64,000 bases of DNA, taken from assembly GCA_964016885.1 (NCBI GenBank), contig OZ024740.1, positions 60,698,001-60,762,000 of the forward strand, written 5' to 3'. A program made the translations under genes and the position numbers. Below are positions 1 through 12,517 of this stretch, piece by piece. Below the pieces are notes generated by a model. The model worked only from the letters and a program-made list of their open reading frames with translations. It was not told the origin of the DNA and searched no databases. The stretch's first letter is position 1; each line of letters starts with the position of its first letter. The stretch is from Eledone cirrhosa. Lineage: Eukaryota.

Positions 1-700
1 TGCATGCTCCGCTGGATGTGTAATAGTAATATACGTGAATGGCAAAGCATAAACGAACTAAGGGAGAAATTAGGAATAAGAGGGATCAGATGTTGTTTAC
101 TCGAGAGAAGACTACGTTCGTACGGTCATGTGATGCGCATGAAAGACAACAGCTGTATAAAAAAGTGCAGGGCGATAAAAATAGACGGTAGCCACGGAGT
201 AGGCAGACCCAGAAAAACCTGGGACGACTTGATAAGTTCCGACCTCACACACTTTCACCTCTCCAAGACAATGTCACTGGACCGAGATCTTTGGCGCTAC
301 ACAGTCATACAGAAGACCCGCCTGGCCTAAGTACAAAGCAAAACCTACAGTCAGTAGGCACCTCTAACAAAATACACCCCCGTCCCACTACCCCCACCCC
401 ATCCACACTTAAATGTGAAGTTATGTTGGTACCACAACATCCAGTCCGAAACAAATGAGGTCGTGTAGATGCACGACAAAAAAACACACAGTCCATACTG
501 TAATGTGGCTGTGTAGGTAACACGGTAAAAACCTCCCAGTTCTACACTGTAACGTGGTTGGTGTTAGGAAGGGCATCCAGCCGTAGAAAACCCGCTAGAC
601 AGTCCTATACGAGCAGGACAACAAATCTTGCCTCAAGTGGGAAAACTCCCGTCCAAACCCATGCAAGCGTGGAAGATGGACGTTAAACGATGATGATGAT
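1..700 (+). mobile_element. RTE-clade LINE family A, 3' end (RT C-terminus, 3'UTR, (GAT)n tail)
   Basis: ORF 4..330 has RLRSYGHVMRM...GRPRKTW...DRDLWR, typical of the RTE C-terminus. The 3'UTR ends in ...ggacgttaaacga(tga)n. Near-identical to the copy at 56700-59954. Confidence 0.93.
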
Positions 701-2166
701 CATCATCATCATCATCATCATCACCGTTTTACGTCCGTTCTTCCACGCTAGCATGGGTTAGACGGGTTGTCCTGTTGTGGGCAGTGTCTGGTCGGCTGAC
801 CATGCCTTGCTCATACAGGAACTGATCTGGCTTGATTTCTACAGCTGGATGCCCTTCCTAACACCAACCTCATTTACAGTGAGTGCTGGGTGCTTTTTCG
901 TGGCGCCTACACGTCCACTTTACAGTGTGGGCTGGGTGCTTTTTTGCCGTGGCACCTCCACGACCACCTTGCGGTGGGGGGGGGGGGGCATATTGTTTAT
1001 ATGCTTCAGCATGTACCCATGGGAGGTCGGGTACCCTGTATTACTGCATGACGCCAGAAGTCACGGTCGTGTGTCATTGACTTTGAGAGGTGTAGTTGGG
1101 TAAGGTCGGCTTTTATCACCTCATCCCAAGTCATCTTGGGTCTCCCCACTCCGCGGTTTCCATCAACTTCTAGTGCTCTGCACCTTTTTATGCAGCTGTC
1201 ATCCTTCATACGCATCACATGTCCATACCAGCGTAACCGCCTCTCCTGCACGCAGCATTTGATTCCTCTTATGCTCAGTCTCTCTCTCAATTCATTTATG
1301 CTTTGTCGTTCACGTATATTACTGTTACACATCCATCGGAGCATGCAGGCTTCGTTTCTCTCTAATCTACGTAAGTCTTCCACCTTCAGCGCCCAGGTCT
1401 CACTACCATGCAACATCGCTGTTCGGATACACGCATCATACAGTCTGCCTTTCATTCTGAGGGAGAAGCCTTTTGCAGCTAGCAGTGGTAGTAGTTCCCT
1501 AAACTTCTTCCATCCCGTTCTTACCCTAGTTATTGTACTTTCTGAGCACCCACCTCCGTTGCTAATTCGGTCACCTAGGTAGCAGAAGCTGTCTACTGTT
1601 TCTACAGGGCCCTCCCAGAGATTGGTGGTACTTGTTTCCTGTGGCTGTTTGCTTGCTGTTTCAGCACAGCTGCTGCATGTGAATCCTACATTCTTAATTA
1701 AGCTTCCTGAGATCCCGCTACATCTCTTGTGTACCCATTGTTTGCATTTGGGGCAAAGAATGGAGTTCCTACCTACACCTTTCCTACATACTGAGCAAGG
1801 CCATTTCCCTGAGGGGATCTGGGTTCTGTTTTCTCGTCTACTTATAAGGACCTTAGTCTTTGTCATGTTGACTTTGAGGCCCTTTCTCTCTAGTCCCTGC
1901 TTCCAGGTTTGGAATTTATTCTCTAGTTCTACCATAGATTCAGCTATGAGTGCGAGGTCATCAGCATACAGGAGTTCCCATGGGCATCCGGTCTTAAACT
2001 CCTCCGTTATTGCCTGCAGGACTATGATGAACAGGAGAGGGCTAAGAACAGAGCCCTGGTGGACCCCAACCTGTACGCTAAATTCCTCGCTATACTCATT
2101 GCCAATCCTAACTTTGCTGACTGCTCCCCTATACATGGCTTGTACCGCTTTCACAAGCCATTCATG
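701..2166 (-). mobile_element. RTE-clade LINE family B, 5'-truncated, open RT frame 1006..2166
   Basis: Motifs GVHQGSVLSPLLF and LLYADD, a Cys/His finger, RLRWYGHV and GRP. (CAT)n tail at 701-722. The 5' end abuts a (TA)n run; the N-terminus of the called ORF is read-through into that run. Confidence 0.95.
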
Positions 2167-3498
2167 ATGATATATATATATAAATAGATATACTTTATTT
2201 ACATATATACATTTGTCGGGGAGAAGATAATGGAAAAGTGTGATATCAATATGGTACAATTCAATCATTCACATCTAAGATAAGTGACAAATGCTATCTG
2301 AACAGCTATTAAAAATACCTCTGCATATACTCAAAGAAATATAGGCATGCATATATCATAGATAGGCATGTATGTCATAGATAATATATATGTAACAGAA
2401 CTTACAAGAGCAAATTAAATTTGTTTGTGATTTTGAGAAATGTAACTGAAAAGTAAAACTTCAATTTAAAAGTATAAAAAATTACAAGCTACACCAATTT
2501 GTTAAAATTTCTATTTCTTTTCCAAATGATATGTTAAATTGATCCATATTTCCTCCCTTTTAGTTCAGAGATACTTCTTCACGTATCTGTGACTAACTGA
2601 TTTATTACTTTGAATTTCTTTTCCTCAACAGTGTTGAACAGATCAAGATCAGTGTAAGATCAAACAATTCCTCACTTTCTTTTAGTTTTTGAGATTTTTC
2701 TAATATATTTTCTGCAAGTGAATCATTATTTCTTATCTTTGAGTTCATCTAATAAATCTTCAAAATACCAATGGCCTTAGGATAAAAGGAAACTTCGATC
2801 AATAATGTCTTGAAATATAATAGGGTAGGACAGCTAGAAATCTATATATGAAGTGAGAAGGAAAAATAAGAGAAGCTGGACTGATGATTGTAGAAGAATT
2901 GATGAGAAAAAGTAAAAGGGTATAAAAGGAAGTGAGATAGAGGAAAAGAAGTATATAGGAAGGTCAAGGATGTACAAGGATGAGGAAAATAAGAAAAAGC
3001 AAAAGCAAAATAAAATAAAAATAAAGCTATAAAAGAAAAAATATGGAAATACGAGCTGAAAAATTATTTTATTCAGGAATAGTGATCATAAGTGGCTGGA
3101 GTAAGAATATAGATTATATTTCACTGGTACTAGGACAGAATAAATGATTGAAATTAAGGAGAGAGATTTATATTTTACAGATATCATATTGGCATAAGAG
3201 TCGTGAAGGAGCTGTTTGTATTTCATAGTGTATAAATGGAATAAGTCATTTATATTGTAGAAAGAAAAGATGACAGATTGTGAGTAGAATAAGGAATAGG
3301 TTGAATATTGTAGATATAAACCATGACAGAATACTATAAGAGAAAGGTTTCATATTTCTGAGAGATCATGATTGGCAAAGATCAACTTGAGCAAAGCTGA
3401 CCTGAGCTACAGGAAAGCAATAGGAAATTATTAAAGATTCAACAACAACAGCAAAAACAATTGGCTGGTATTTAAATTGAAGACACAGACAAAACAGC

Positions 3499-3880
3499 CT
3501 AATAATAATAATAGTAGTAATAATAATAATTATTTCTTTATTGGCTACCAGGGCTGAAAACATTATGGACAAAACAATAGAGAGAGTCAGTGGGGATTTA
3601 CATATAAAGAAGCATGTAAAGAAAGAAACCAGGTAATATAGTAACAAAGAAACATTCATAACAAAAGAATTCCTCTATAGTGAGGAGCACTACGAAAGGG
3701 TAATTTAGGAACCCTGCAGATCCAAAACCACTCTGTTCAACCAGAGTACCATAGGAAAGTGCCCCTCTCCTTTAAAAACTCTCCAGCCTACTGACAGATG
3801 CTCAGAGTAGGCACACTAATGCAAGCCATCCTTTAAACAAATCTTCTGATGGGGCAAAACCTCCCTTTCATGCTCAGTAG
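3499..3880 (-). mobile_element. Probable decayed LINE 3' end with AATAAA and (TTA)n tail
   Basis: The minus strand ends ...gccaataaagaaataattattatt(att)n. No clear coding motif remains. Confidence 0.35.
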
Positions 3881-4072
3881 GGAGATCTTATATAAGCAAG
3901 ACTAACTAAAATATTTATTTTGCTTGTCTGGCTTATACTCCCATAAATAGAGTTTTTCTCACTTAAATCTAATATGCAATATTGCTTCTCTAAGTGATAT
4001 CTTATCTATATATTTTATCCACTCATTGAGAGTATATATTAATTAACTTTTAATTAATATATATATATATAT

Positions 4073-4413
4073 GGAGGCACATGGCTTAGTGGTTAGAGCA
4101 TTGGCCTTGCAATCAAAAGGTTGTGAGTTCAATTCTCAGACCGGGTGATGTGTTGTTTCCTTGAGCAAGACACTTTATTTCACATTGCTCCAGTTTACTC
4201 AGCTGTAGAAATGAGATGATAGGGACTGGGGTCCCTATCATTCCACTGTAAAGTGGACGTGTAGGCGCCACAGATACAAAGCACCCAGCACTCACTGTAA
4301 ATGAGGTTGGTGTTAGGAAGGGCATCCAGCTGTAGAAATCAAGCCAGAATCAGTTCCCGTCCCACCCTTGCAAGCAGGGAAAAGCGGACGTAAAATGATG
4401 ATGATGATGATGA
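4073..4413 (+). mobile_element. tRNA-derived SINE family 1 with RTE-derived tail
   Basis: Pol III A-box-like TGGCTTAGTGG and B-box-like GAGTTCAATTC, core CCTTGAGCAAGACACTT, a tail matching the RTE 3'UTR, then (GAT)n. Four copies in the window. Confidence 0.85.
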
Positions 4414-4812
4414 TATCCAGGGAGTGTAACGTGAAGTTACTGTAGGTTCACCCAGGTGAGCACTCAATGTTTAGTAGCAAGGTGTAGAGCTAAACAGAGC
4501 GTAAATATAATACTACAAGGACGATTTGTTAAGCCCTCATTACGTTTATTCATTGGTGACACATGTTTCGCTATTGATCAGCTCAAGGTCTGACGAGCTT
4601 CTGATTCCAGAGTCGGGCCAGATCGATACAGATCGAACCTTGAGTTGATTAATAGCGAAACGCACGTCACCAATCAATAAACGTAATGGAGGCTTAACAA
4701 ATCGTCCTTGTATTATTATATTACACTCTGTCTAGCTCTACACCTCGCCACTGACGTGAACCTAAACATTGAGTGCTCGCTACAGTAACTTCACGCTACA
4801 CTTCCTGGATAT
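4413..4812. repeat. Fold-back (inverted repeat) element, arms ~4413-4589 and ~4637-4812, ending at (TA)n
   Basis: Arms are reverse complements by eye, e.g. tacaaggacgatttgttaagcc / ggcttaacaaatcgtccttgta. Confidence 0.9.
4587..4671 (+). ncRNA. Type I hammerhead ribozyme motif, stem I shortened
   Basis: ggt CTGACGA gct...agc GAAA cgcacg TC acc, with a GUC cleavage triplet. The two arms together suggest a palindromic stem III, ACGCGCGT. Confidence 0.7.
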
Positions 4813-4912
4813 ATATATATATATATATATAAAGTAAACAGATACAACAAAGCAGACAATACAGTACAATGAAGATATAAATTATTTAATGCTTGATATA
4901 GTAGGAAAAGTG

Positions 4913-4948
4913 TCTTTATGTTTCAGATACTACTCCTTCATCAGAAGA
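4913..4948 (-). ncRNA. Minimal hammerhead motif (decayed) in a (TA)n-abutting element ~4831-4990
   Basis: Minus strand: tctt CTGATGA agga gtagta tct GAAA ca TA aaga. Flanks are homologous to 34060-34205. Confidence 0.6.
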
Positions 4949-5085
4949 TAAAATGAGAAATAAAAAATGAAATAAAAAGATAGAGTGAGAAAAGGAAAGA
5001 ACGGAAAACAATTTTTTGGAGAAAAAGCATGTGTTCACTCAACCATATTTATATATATGACTGTCTGAGTGGGTACACACATATA

Positions 5086-5288
5086 TCATCATCATCATTT
5101 TACTTCCGCTTTTCCTTGCTTGTAAGGGTGGGACAGGTCCTCTTCAGCACACCATCACTCCATTCGTCACAGTCCTTCGTCATCTCCTCTGATCGCTTCA
5201 GCGATCTGAGGCCAGCTCTCACCACCACTGTCCATGTCTTTCGTGGTCATCCTCTACTGTGTCATCCTTCCACCAGGATTTCTTGGCA
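5086..5288 (-). mobile_element. RTE-clade LINE family C, short 3' fragment
   Basis: Minus strand translates ILVEG*HSRG*PRKTWTVVVRAGL...EEMTKDCDEW and ends gtcccacccttacaagcaaggaaaagcggaagtaaaa(tga)n. Confidence 0.75.
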
Positions 5289-5609
5289 CTTATATATGTG
5301 TGTGTGTGTGTGTGTGTGTACACATATATAAATATGTATATGTATATGCTTAACACCAAAAATGACAGACATCACCCACCCACTTGCTTCAAGCAATATA
5401 TAAACACCTTGTTTAGGCCACCAAGTGAAACCAGGCACTTCCACAATATGTCAGACACCATCCACTTCAATGCCATCACCATAACACCCCCCCCCTCCGT
5501 CCAGCAATACAATGTCTGTACGAAAGCTCCAACGCCCACCAGTGCCACCTAAAATAGTGCTGGTGACACGACAAAAAGTACCCAATCCACCCAATAAAAT
5601 GCTCCTAGT

Positions 5610-7275
5610 ACCTGCTGTAAAGTGGATGGTGTTAGGAAGGGCACTCAGCCACAGAAACCATGCTCCCAGTACACACTGTAGAGTGGTTGGTATAAGGAAG
5701 GGCACCCAGCCACAGAAACCATACTCCCAGTATACACTGTAGAGTGGTTTGTGTAAGGAAGGGCACCCAGCCACAGAAACCATACTCCCAGTACACACTG
5801 TAGAGTGGTTGGTGTAAGGAAGGGCACCCAGCCACAGAAACCATACTCCCAGTATACACTGTAGAGTGGTTGGTGTAAGGAAGGGCACCCAGCCACAGAA
5901 ACCATACTCCCAGTACACACTGTAGAGTGGTTGGTGTAAGGAAGGGCACCCAGCCAAGAAACCATACTCCCAGTACACACTGTAGAGTGGTTTGTGTAAG
6001 GAAGGGCACCCAGCCACAGAAACCATACTCTCAGTACACACTGTAGAGTGGTTGGTGTAAGGAAGGGCACTCAGTTACAGAAACCATACTCCCAGTACAC
6101 ACTGTAGAGTGGTTGGTGTTAGGAAGGGCACTCAGCCACAGAAACCATACTCCCAGTACACACTGTAGAGTGGTTTGTGTAAGGAAAGGCACCCAACCAC
6201 AGAAACCATACTCCCAGTACACACTGTAGAGTGGTTGGTGTAAGGAAGGGCACCCAGCCACAGAAACCATACTCCCAGTACACACTGTAGAGTGGTTGGT
6301 GTAAGGAAGGGCACCCAGCCACAGAAACCATACTCCCAGTACACACTGTAGAGTGGTTGGTGTAAGGAAGGGCACCCAGCCACAGAAACCATACTCCCAG
6401 TATACACTGTAGAGTGGTTGGTGTAAGGAAGGGCACCCAGCCACAGAAACCATACTCCCAGTACACACTGTAGAGTGGTTGGTGTAAGGAAGGGCACCCA
6501 GCCAAGAAACCATACTCTCAGTACACACTGTAGAGTGGTTGGTGTAAGGAAGGGCACCCAGTCACAGAAACCATACTCCCAGTACACACTGTAGAGTGGT
6601 TGGTGTAAGGAAGGGCACCCAGCCAAGAAACCATACTCTCAGTACACACTGTAGAGTGGTTGGTGTAAGGAAGGGCACCCAGCCACAGAAACCATACTCC
6701 CAGTACACACTGTAGAGTGGTTTGTGTAAGGAAGGGCACCCGACCACAGAAACCATACTCCCAGTACACACTGTAGAGTGGTTGGTGTAAGGAAGGGCAC
6801 CCAGTCACAGAAACCATACTCCCAGTACACACTGTAGAGTGGTTGGTGTAAGGAAGGACACCCGGTCACAGAAACCATACTCCCAGTACACACTGTAGAG
6901 TGGTTGGTGTAAGGAAGGGCACCCAGTCACAGAAACCATACTCCCAGTACACACTGTAGAGTGGTTGGTGTAAGGAAGGGCACCCTGTCATAGAAACCAT
7001 ACTCCCAGTACACACTGTAGAGTGGTTGGTGTAAGGAAGGGCACCCAGTCATAGAAACCATACTCCCAGTACACACTGTAGAGTGGTTGGTGTAAGGAAG
7101 GGCACCCAGTCATAGAAACCATACTCCCAGTACACACTGTAGAGTGGTTGGTGTAAGGAAGGGCACCCAGTCATAGAAACCATACTCCCAGTACACACTG
7201 TAGAGTGGTTGGTGTAAGGAAGGGCACCCAGCCAGAGAAACCATACTCCCAGTACACACTGTAGAGTGGTTGGCA
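5610..7275 (+). repeat. 61-bp tandem minisatellite (~27 units) derived from an RTE 3'UTR module
   Basis: Unit ccagtacacactgtagagtggttggtgtaaggaagggcacccagccacagaaaccatactc matches the RTE 3'UTR (cacactgtaaa..ggttggtgttaggaagggcatccagc). It is followed by an RTE-like terminus at ~7360-7410. Confidence 0.93.
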
Positions 7276-8457
7276 TCCAGCCATAGAACCCAAGCCAAAA
7301 CAAAACATACAAGCTGGAACTATTCACCTGACTGGTCTGACCTCAGTATGTGACAGCCATCTAATCTATGCAAGCATGGAAAATAGATGTTAAATGGTGG
7401 TGATAATGATGTGTGTGTATGAGGATAGATAGATAGATAGATGAACATCACATGTGTAGAGAATATATATATATTAAACATAGAATTTCCTTGTATACAA
7501 TACAATATATAAATAAACAATATACATGTACATACACAACACAATACAATACAGTATATTATACACACTCTGTTGAGATGAACTGAAATACATATTTGAA
7601 CCCTAAGTAAAGAAAATATAAAGTTGATCTACACACATGATAAAATACACTAGTAATTCCCATTTTTATTTATGATATCATTGGAAGAAAGATAAATGCT
7701 TGCTTCTCAATGTACCACTTCCATTCTGCTGGTTAGACTTATTTCCTGCCATCAACTTCTCTTTCAAAAGCTTTAATTTGTCCAGTCTTTACGAGCAGCT
7801 TTCATTTCCTAAACTTTAATTTCCTCTCTTGCTCACCACCACAGGTTTCAATTTCCTCTGAATTCACCATCAGTTCATTCACTTGTAAATCATTTTTACT
7901 TCTATCCCTTAGTCAATGGAACCATACACATGCACATGCAAACATACACGTGTTCACTGCTCTGTATCAGGATACAAATTTGCTTTGTTATCTCAATGAA
8001 GCTATGTATCAGTGAGTCACATACATAGAATATTCATGCAAATTCAAGGATATTTTACAAAGCAAAGAATAAACCATTCTAAGTAACTGACTATATATTC
8101 AGATGGTTTAGTTATAACAGACCCAATGCTAACTATTTTTGTTTAATAAACTGAGAATATTACTTCCAGTATTAAATAAATGAAAGAATCAAAATTTTTT
8201 ACAATAAACCACTAAAATAGATTTGGTTTGATTTCTATTCAGAAAACCTATCCCTTCAATTTTATGTTTATTGTCTTTTGAAGTCCTTTGTGTCTGAGAA
8301 ATGAAAACAATATGAATGCATCTCAGCTATGGAGGTCATATATTTAGTTTCTTTATGTATTTAATAAAGGAAGCAAACGGGAAGAACATGAATATAAAGG
8401 GTTGGGTTACTCTTAGTCTGGAGAGAAGGCTGTCTGTGGAGAAATGTTCTTCTTTTG

Positions 8458-8850
8458 GGTGTGTGTGTGAGAGAGAGTGTGTGTGAGTGAGTGAGTGTGT
8501 GTGTGTGTATGAGTGTTAGTGAGTGAGTGTGTGTGTGAGAGAGGGTGTGAGTGAGTGTGTGTATGTGTGTGTGAGTGTGTGTGTGTGAGAGAGAAAGAGA
8601 GTGTGAGTGAGTGTGTGTGTGAGTGAGTGTGTGTGCGTGTGTGAGTGAGTGTGTGTGTGTGTGAGTGAGAGTATGTGTATGTGTATGAGTGAGTGTGTGA
8701 GTGTGAATTTGTGAATGTGTGTGAGAGTGAGTGATTGAGAGTGTGTGTTTGAGTGAGTGAGTGAGTATGAGTATGTGTGCACACATGTGTATGTGTGTGT
8801 GAGGGAGTACATTCACACATGTATGTGTGTGTGTTACACATGTGTATGTG
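8458..8850. repeat. Compound (GT)n/(GA)n/(GAGT)n microsatellite
   Basis: Seen directly; it explains the His/Thr-rich spurious ORFs. Confidence 0.95.
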
Positions 8851-8972
8851 TTACTTAGCCAGTGCTACAAAGATAGTAGTAATGGTCAGTCATTAATGTT
8901 TTCTGGAATCTGGTGAAATTGTAAAAGAAAAGTTTACACTGCAACTGTTTACATAATTAGTAAGTATATTAA

Positions 8973-9300
8973 CTCTTTAGGATTCACATTACTCTATATA
9001 TACTATTGTATTTTCACGGTAAAGGCTTTACCTCACATAATTATCTCACATCGAAACTGTTTACATAATTAGTAGGTCTATTAACCTTTTAACATTTACA
9101 TTATACTTACTATAATATTTTCATAGTAAAGGCTTTATTTCACATAATTATCTCACATAATATTGAATCTATGAGATTTTGATATTATTTATTTTGAGAG
9201 CAATACCTTAGCATTAGTATGAGTGGCTGGTTACAGCCTGTTTGAATAGAAAGAGGTGAGAAAATTCTGGCAGAATATGGCCAGTTTAAATGCTAAAGGC
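8973..9300 (+). mobile_element. TTAA-flanked MITE (piggyBac-type), with a ~110 bp local duplication of its left end
   Basis: Ends ttaa-c(c)ctttagcattta...taaatgctaaagg(g)-ttaa. Same family as 12310, 21402 and 40217. Confidence 0.7.
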
Positions 9301-9308
9301 TTAAACTA

Positions 9309-9489
9309 CCGTATATACTCAAATATAAGCTGACCTCCCCTATTTTATATATCCAAGAATCCAAACCCCATTTATAAGCCAAAGCAGCTAATCAATACAA
9401 TGTTTGGATGATGCATATAAGCCGACCCAACTATTTTGCCATCGATTTTTTGGTCACATATTCATCGGCTTATATTCGAGTATATATGG
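9309..9489. mobile_element. TA-flanked MITE (Tc1/mariner-pogo type)
   Basis: TA-CCGTATATACTCAAATATAAGCTGA ... TCGGCTTATATTCGAGTATATATGG-TA: ~25 bp TIRs with a TA duplication. Confidence 0.8.
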
Positions 9490-9699
9490 TAAATTTTCAG
9501 TATGATACATATGGTAGATTATCAGATTTAAATAATATATTTAAATTTATATACATGGTGTGGTATGGTCCCATAACTCTTGATAGAGTCATCGGGGTGC
9601 CTTAGTGGAATATGGTGTTTCTTGGGCATTTTAAGCTTGGCGGAGCCCATTCCTCTCTAGGTTAGAATACAAGCAATTTCTTACGAAGTATGAAAACCC

Positions 9700-9896
9700 T
9701 CGTGCTTCCCAAAATTCGCCAAAACTACACCTGATGTACCCCATTCCATACACATGCACACATGTGCATATCATGACTCATGCACTGTTCATTTTCCTGA
9801 CGTTTCTGCATTACCCTATGTACTATACATACACTTTTTGATGAGTTGTAGTGCACCTGAGCACTGTACACAATATTTCATTATTATTATTATTAT
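9700..9896 (+). mobile_element. CR1-like LINE 3'UTR fragment
   Basis: Matches 50690-50885 and has a (TTA)n tail. Confidence 0.75.
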
Positions 9897-10135
9897 GTAG
9901 TGATAGAGAAGAAATGAGAAAGAAATAGAGATGAAAAATAAACCCAGTACTACTAGACTGGTACTTTATCGATATCAAAAGGATGAAAGGCAAAATTGAC
10001 CTTGGAGGGATTTGAACACAGAGAAAAGAGAGCCGAAATGAATACTGCAAAGCATTCTATCCAATGTTCTAATGACTCTGCCAATTTGCTGCCTTATCAT
10101 ATATGAACATACACATATACATACATTATATATAC

Positions 10136-10197
<62 letters not shown>

Positions 10198-11185
10198 TAT
10201 ATATATAGAGAGAGAGGGAGAGATACACACACACATATATAAACGATGATGATGATGATGATATATATATACACACATATATATATACACACATACACAC
10301 ACACGCACGCACACACATATTTGAAACACTTCTGAGAAAAAAAGATTCAATAAAACATTTATCACCAGAAATATGTTAGTTTAATCATTTTACACTCTCA
10401 GAGTGATAGCAAAGAAAAACAAAAGCTTAAAACATGAAATATTTCACAACTATGTGATGATGATTTATTGAAAAAGAAATATTGACTTAAATATATTAGA
10501 TAGGAAAATAAAAAATAAAGTGATAAAAGGAAATGTTTTTAATTCATTTCCAGTATGTTTTATTACTCAATCTAGACAATAACTTATTATTGTATTAGAA
10601 TATTTTCTATAATTTGTGATCACATATTAATACAACTATAATGGTTTAAAATCATTTATTCTTTAAAAAGGGGAGGGAGCTTTAAATTTCAACTAAACCT
10701 GGAAAATGGAACAGATGAAGAATATGAAAATTTCTATACTGTCTCTTGTGTAGTAAAACCGAAAAAAAAATGACAACTTTCTCTTTAATTCAAGTTTTAC
10801 CAATATTGACAAACATGCTGTTATCTCAAATTAAGCATGTGACATTTATTTAATAAAACAATATTCAATTTATAATTTATTTTACTTTAAATATAATTAT
10901 AAATATTCTGTACATGTTATAAATATTCAATTCTGACAATACTACTGCTGTGAATTTTATGTATGTGTGTCTGTTTATGAGTGAATTTGTAGATTTATGC
11001 TTGTTTTGTAAGTATCTCTATTTCTGGTTGATAGTTTTAACAGTTTGGTATTTCATTGGCTAAGATGACTGGAAATACATCAATGCATACATCTTCCAAA
11101 AGTCTGTAAATTATATTAAAAAGCTAAAGAAACCTGCTGATATATCTAACAATCTCAACAGTTGCTATTATTCTATAGCTAACAA

Positions 11186-11401
11186 TGGCAGTGAATTGGC
11201 AGTATCAGTAGAGAGTAGTATACCATGCTTTGCAGCACTGAGTTACGGTCCTTTACAGTCTGAGTACAAATCCTGCCGAGGTTAACTTTGCCTTTCATCC
11301 TTACGGGGTCGATAAAATAAAGCACCAGTAACGTACTGGGGTTGATTTAATCGACTTTTCCCTCCCACCGAATTAATGACCTTGTGCCTATAGTAGAAAT
11401 C
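11186..11401 (+). mobile_element. tRNA-derived SINE family 2 (Nin-like core) with 19-bp target-site duplication (TSD)
   Basis: Core TTTGCCTTTCATCCTTACGGGGTCGATAAAATAAAG. Direct repeat attattctatagctaacaa at 11167-11185 and 11402-11420. Other copies at ~9935-10096(-), 27480-27675(-), 27893-28105(+), 36143-36368(+) and 60990-61545(-). Confidence 0.85.
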
Positions 11402-11987
11402 ATTATTCTATAGCTAACAAACAGTGTAGTATTTAAATGTATTCCTAAAATCTCATCTTTGTGTTTCTAACATATAAATGATATTTGCACCATAAGTTAT
11501 TTTCTGAAAAACATTACTTTTGTTCTTTTGAAGACATTCTGACATCAAATAATATATTTGCCAAAATATTTTGTCTTGAAAACTAAAATAGTATTGTACA
11601 AATGACAATAAATATCAATGTTAAACTCATATTCTATTTAATAATCTGCATAAAATATTTTTCTGGATATTTCTATTACTTTATTTGTAATATATATTTC
11701 TGTATTCTATCCTCCCCTTTTCTTTTCTGAAATATTCTAATAGAGATAACATGGTGTTATTACTTTAATAGAAAAAACTACCTACCCCATATTGGAAAGC
11801 AATTGATGCAAAATGCATGGGCTGCAATATGTGAAAAAATAGAAATTTGCAGACATGTCAAAACCAAATTCATATGGAAAATTAGATCATAAAATAAATT
11901 ATTGTAAATAATGTTAAAAAATAATCTCTACATTCTTTTCCATATTTTCTTAATTACATGATGGTATATTTCTTTTATCTTTCACAG

Positions 11988-12047
11988 GAAATCTTTGGAT
12001 GGCAAGTTCTCCAAACATGTAGACAGTTAATATATATCATCAATCAG
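11988..12047 (+). other. Candidate 60-nt exon (possibly 5'UTR of the four-jointed-like gene)
   Basis: Strong acceptor tcttttatctttcacAG and donor CAG|GTAAGA in unique sequence. No transcript evidence. Confidence 0.45.
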
Positions 12048-12309
12048 GTAAGACAAACTTAACCATGGTTAAGAATACGACATATATTATGTTGTTGTAC
12101 AGTCCAACCCATGCTGCTGCTGCTGTTGATGATGACTTTTAGATAAATCACACCTCAATTTTACACACAATATTTACAATGCACTGTATATTTCACTTGA
12201 AGGTTTGTACGTCTAGTAACTAAGTCAAATGCTGGTTTTTCAGGTCATGATCTTCTAGCAAATTGTGTAATTTGTCCATGAGTATATACAATAATTTTCA
12301 GAAGATTAA

Positions 12310-12517
12310 CCTTTTAGAATTTATATTATTCTATATTTACTATTGTATTTTCACAGTAAAGGCTTTACCTCACATAATATCGAAGCAATGAGATTTTTAT
12401 GTTATTTATTTTGAGAACAATACCTTAACATTGGTATGAGCAGCAGATTACAGCTGGTTTGAACAGAAAGAGATGAGAAAATTCTAGCCAGATATGGTTG
12501 GATTAAATGTTAAAGGG
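12310..12517 (+). mobile_element. TTAA-flanked MITE (piggyBac-type)
   Basis: TTAA on both sides; imperfect TIR ccttttagaattta / taaatgttaaaggg. Confidence 0.75.

Noticed and set aside
1136-2167. Long ORFs antisense to the RTE RT, recurring in each copy
   Set aside because: Shadow frames of the RT coding strand; they recur only because the LINE is repeated.
4073-4145. tRNA gene
   Set aside because: A and B boxes are present, but there is no complete cloverleaf; it is the head of a multi-copy SINE.
5610-7275. Regular repeat array as a CRISPR locus, or its repetitive ORFs as genes
   Set aside because: Units are head-to-tail with no unique spacers, no cas genes are present, the context is eukaryotic, and the unit derives from a LINE 3'UTR.
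8361-8841. His/Thr-rich ORFs, and similar YI/CV-rich ORFs elsewhere
   Set aside because: Dinucleotide microsatellite translations.
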